Source: Thermoplasmata archaeon (GTDB lineage Archaea > Thermoplasmatota > Thermoplasmata > Lutacidiplasmatales > UBA184). From it: DNA of 64,000 nt. A program made the position numbers and the translations under genes. The notes below the pieces were generated by a model. That model searched no databases. It worked only from the letters and a program-made list of their open reading frames with translations, and was not told the DNA's origin. Numbering within the stretch: the first letter of the stretch is position 1; the number at the start of each line of letters is the position of its first letter. Below, piece after piece: positions 61,451 to 64,000 of the stretch. The stretch lies in NCBI GenBank assembly GCA_035502035.1, contig DATJUZ010000007.1:36423-100422 (forward strand), given 5' to 3'.

Positions 61451-64000
61451 ATGGCGGCGGACGCCTCCCCGTTCCCCGGGATCGACGACCGGCTCGTCCG
61501 TGCCGTCGCGCGGCGCCAGATCCTGGAGCCGACGGAGATCCAGCGGCTCGCGTTCGACGCCCTGGCGGGCGACGACGACGCCCTGCTCATCTCGCCGACC
61601 GGCACCGGCAAAACGGAGGCGGCCCTGCTGCCGGTGCTGTCGCGCCGGCTCGCGGACGGCTGGCCGCCGATCGGGGTCCTCTACGTCACCCCGCTCCGCG
61701 CGCTGAACCGCGACCTCGAGCACCGGCTCGTCGCGCTCGCCGGCGAGGTCGGGCTCACGGCCGCCGTCCGCCACGGCGACACCAGCGCCTCCGCGCGCCT
61801 CGCCCAGTCCCGCCGCCCGCCCGACCTCCTGATCACGACCCCGGAGACGCTCCAGATCCTGCTCGTCGGCCGCAGGCTCCGCGAGTCGCTGCGCCGCGCC
61901 CGCGTCGTGGTGATCGACGAGGTCCACGAGCTGGTCGGCTCGGACCGGGGCGCCCAGCTCGCCCTCACCCTCGAACGCCTGGACGCCCTCGCCGGGATGC
62001 GACTCCGTCGGATCGGGCTCTCCGCCACGGTCGGCAACCCGGAGGAGGTCGCCCGGTTCCTCGCACCGGCCCCCCGATCGGTCCGCGTGCTCGTCGCCGC
62101 GAGCCGCCGGCCGCTCGTGCTCACGGCCCGCCGGCCGGTCGAGCCGCCCGAGGCGCTCCCGCCCGAGCGGGTCGCCGAGCTGCGCGCCGACCCCGAGCTG
62201 CTCGTCGGGCTGCGGGCGACCGAGGCCGAGATCCGCGAGCACCGTACGACGCTCGTCTTCGTCAACACCCGGCGGACCGCGGAGGGGCTCGCCGCCCGCC
62301 TGCAGCGGCTCGCGCCGGACCTGCCGATCGCGGTGCATCACGGGTCGCTCTCGCGTGAGGTCCGGGAGGAGGCGGAGCGGGCGTTCCGCGACGGGCGGCT
62401 CCGCGCCCTCGTGGCGACCTCGTCGCTCGAGCTCGGGATCGACATCGGGGCGGTCGACCACGTCGTGCAGTTCGGCTCGCCGCACCAGGTCGGGCGCCTG
62501 GTCCAGCGCGTCGGGCGCTCCGGCCACCGGCTCGATCGGACGATCCACGGGACCGTCCTGGCGCTGGACGACGACGACCTCGAGGAGGCGGCGGTGCTCG
62601 CGCGGCGCGCGGACGCCGGGGAGGTCGAGCCGGTCGGTTGGCGGACCCGCAACCGGCTCGCCGCGGCCCAGCAGGTCGTCGCCGAGCTGCGCGCCGAGGG
62701 GACCGTCGACCGGGCGCGGATGATCGCGACGTTCCGGGGCGCCGTGCCGGTCCGCGACCTCACCGACGCGGAATGGGAGGAGCTGCTCGCCTACCTCGCC
62801 GACCTGGCGCTCGCGCGCGAGGCCGGCACGAGCCTCACCTCGGGCCGGGGAACGCTCGCGCGCTTCTACGCCTCGCTGTCGCTGATCCCGGACGAGCGCA
62901 CGTACCGCCTGCGGGACCTCGCGACCCGTCGCGTCATCGGGACGCTGGACGAACGGTTCGTGCTGACACAGATCCTGGCGCAGCCGGAGGAGATCTTCCT
63001 CCTGCACGGCCGCACGTGGAAGGTCGTCGAGCACCGCGACGGCGAGCTGCTGGTCGAGGGGGTCCAGGAGCTCGGCCAGGAGCCGCGGTGGGCCGGCGAG
63101 GACCTTCCGGTCCCGTTCGAGGTCGCCCAGGAGATCGGCCGTCTCCGTCGCGACGGGGGGTTCGCCGCCTACCCGATCCCGCTCGACGACCAGCGTCGCC
63201 TCGAGCTGCGACGGCAGGACGGCCTGGCCTCGGGGTCGCTCGCGACCGACCGGCGGGTGACGGTCACCCCGAACGGACGGCTCGTCGTCTACGGGGCCTG
63301 CTTCGGCACGCGGACGAACGAGACGCTCGCCCTCGCCGTCGCCGGTCTGCTCACCTCCCGCCTCGGGTCGCGGGTCGAGGTCGCCGCGGTCGAGCCGACG
63401 TGGTTCGTCCTCGAGCTTCCGATCGCGGTCGAGCCGTCGGCGCTCCTGGACGCCTTCCGGCTCGAGCCGGCAGCGCTCGAGCCGCTGGTCGAACGGCTCG
63501 TGCCGAGCGGGCTCGACTACCGCTGGGTCTTCCTCACCGTCGCCCGCAAGCTGGGCGTCGTTCCGCCGTCCGCGGACCCACGCGACCTCCGCTCGCTCGA
63601 GCCCCTGCTCGCGGAGAGCCGCACGACGCCGCTCGGCGAGGAGGTGCTCGAGAAGACGCTCCACGACCGCTACGACCTCGAGCACGCGCGGGCGGTGCTC
63701 GGCGGTGTGCGCGACGGCACGATCGAGGTCGCGCTGACGGCCCGGTCTCCGGTCAGCGACGCGCCGCTCGAGCGCCTCCGGTGGCGGGCCGTGCCGGACC
63801 GGCCCCCTCCGACGCTCTTGCGGGCGATCCGCGAGCGGCTCGAGCGGGAGTCCCTCGTGCTCGTCTGCCTGCGCTGCGGGTTCACGCGGAGGACGACCGC
63901 GCTCCAGTACCGCGAGGCCGGCGGGAGCCGGTGCCTGATCTGCCGCGGCTCGCTCTCCGCGGTCCTGTCCGCGCGGCGCGAGGCGGAGGTCCTGCGGCTC
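61451..64000 (+). CDS. Lhr-like DEAD/DEAH-box helicase (partial, continues beyond right edge)
   Basis: It is not in the ORF track because it runs off the edge; the frame is open for 850 codons from the ATG at 61451. Motifs include SPTGTGKTEA, VVIDEVHE, GLSATVGNPEEVARFL, VHHGSLSREVREE and QRVGRSGH. A CLRCG...CLICRG zinc ribbon lies near the end. Confidence 0.85.
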   Translation, partial: MAADASPFPGIDDRLVRAVARRQILEPTEIQRLAFDALAGDDDALLISPTGTGKTEAALLPVLSRRLADGWPPIGVLYVTPLRALNRDLEHRLVALAGEVGLTAAVRHGDTSASARLAQSRRPPDLLITTPETLQILLVGRRLRESLRRARVVVIDEVHELVGSDRGAQLALTLERLDALAGMRLRRIGLSATVGNPEEVARFLAPAPRSVRVLVAASRRPLVLTARRPVEPPEALPPERVAELRADPELLVGLRATEAEIREHRTTLVFVNTRRTAEGLAARLQRLAPDLPIAVHHGSLSREVREEAERAFRDGRLRALVATSSLELGIDIGAVDHVVQFGSPHQVGRLVQRVGRSGHRLDRTIHGTVLALDDDDLEEAAVLARRADAGEVEPVGWRTRNRLAAAQQVVAELRAEGTVDRARMIATFRGAVPVRDLTDAEWEELLAYLADLALAREAGTSLTSGRGTLARFYASLSLIPDERTYRLRDLATRRVIGTLDERFVLTQILAQPEEIFLLHGRTWKVVEHRDGELLVEGVQELGQEPRWAGEDLPVPFEVAQEIGRLRRDGGFAAYPIPLDDQRRLELRRQDGLASGSLATDRRVTVTPNGRLVVYGACFGTRTNETLALAVAGLLTSRLGSRVEVAAVEPTWFVLELPIAVEPSALLDAFRLEPAALEPLVERLVPSGLDYRWVFLTVARKLGVVPPSADPRDLRSLEPLLAESRTTPLGEEVLEKTLHDRYDLEHARAVLGGVRDGTIEVALTARSPVSDAPLERLRWRAVPDRPPPTLLRAIRERLERESLVLVCLRCGFTRRTTALQYREAGGSRCLICRGSLSAVLSARREAEVLRL

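Noticed and set aside
1-64000. CRISPR arrays, tandem repeats and IS elements.
   Set aside because: Reading through all intergenic regions showed no regularly spaced direct repeats and no transposase-like ORFs.

Overview
This is a very GC-rich archaeal chromosomal segment (roughly 70% GC by eye, not computed). It is densely packed: about 62 protein genes and 3 tRNAs. I saw no rRNA, CRISPR array, transposase or integrase. Archaeal hallmark genes include Orc1/Cdc6, aSUI1, diphthine synthase, archaeal-type SAM synthetase, Elp3, TrmY, NreA, a Hef-like helicase, an Lhr-like helicase and a Tes-family radical SAM enzyme (tetraether lipids). Isoprenoid genes are isopentenyl phosphate kinase, type-2 IPP isomerase, thiolase, a DUF35 protein and UbiX. 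Other content: kdpFABC plus a tandem Usp gene, three ABC transporter loci, a surface-glycan cluster, UvrB, SerRS and an aldehyde dehydrogenase. The lineage guess (Thermoplasmatota-like euryarchaeon) is inference only. The ORF track is dominated by long Arg/Pro/Gly-rich shadow ORFs, which are typical of high-GC DNA. I called genes from protein plausibility, family motifs recognised by eye, third-position GC, and start context such as 4-nt overlaps and TATA boxes about 25-30 nt upstream. Stops are reliable; starts are less so. No database search was run, so every family name is pattern recognition. The observations most worth a second look are listed here. (1) A GcvH-like domain lacking the lipoyl lysine is fused to a TusA-like domain, next to a rhodanese. 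(2) A DUF35 protein downstream of thiolase carries a catalytically dead half thiolase fold. (3) A translationally coupled ubiX / membrane / membrane / guaAA operon. (4) A 523-aa Cys/His-rich orphan protein sits beside an atypical receiver domain. (5) tRNA-Trp has an 87-nt intron. (6) A low-GC islet follows tRNA-Ala. I cannot point to one clear-cut novel multi-gene system with confidence.
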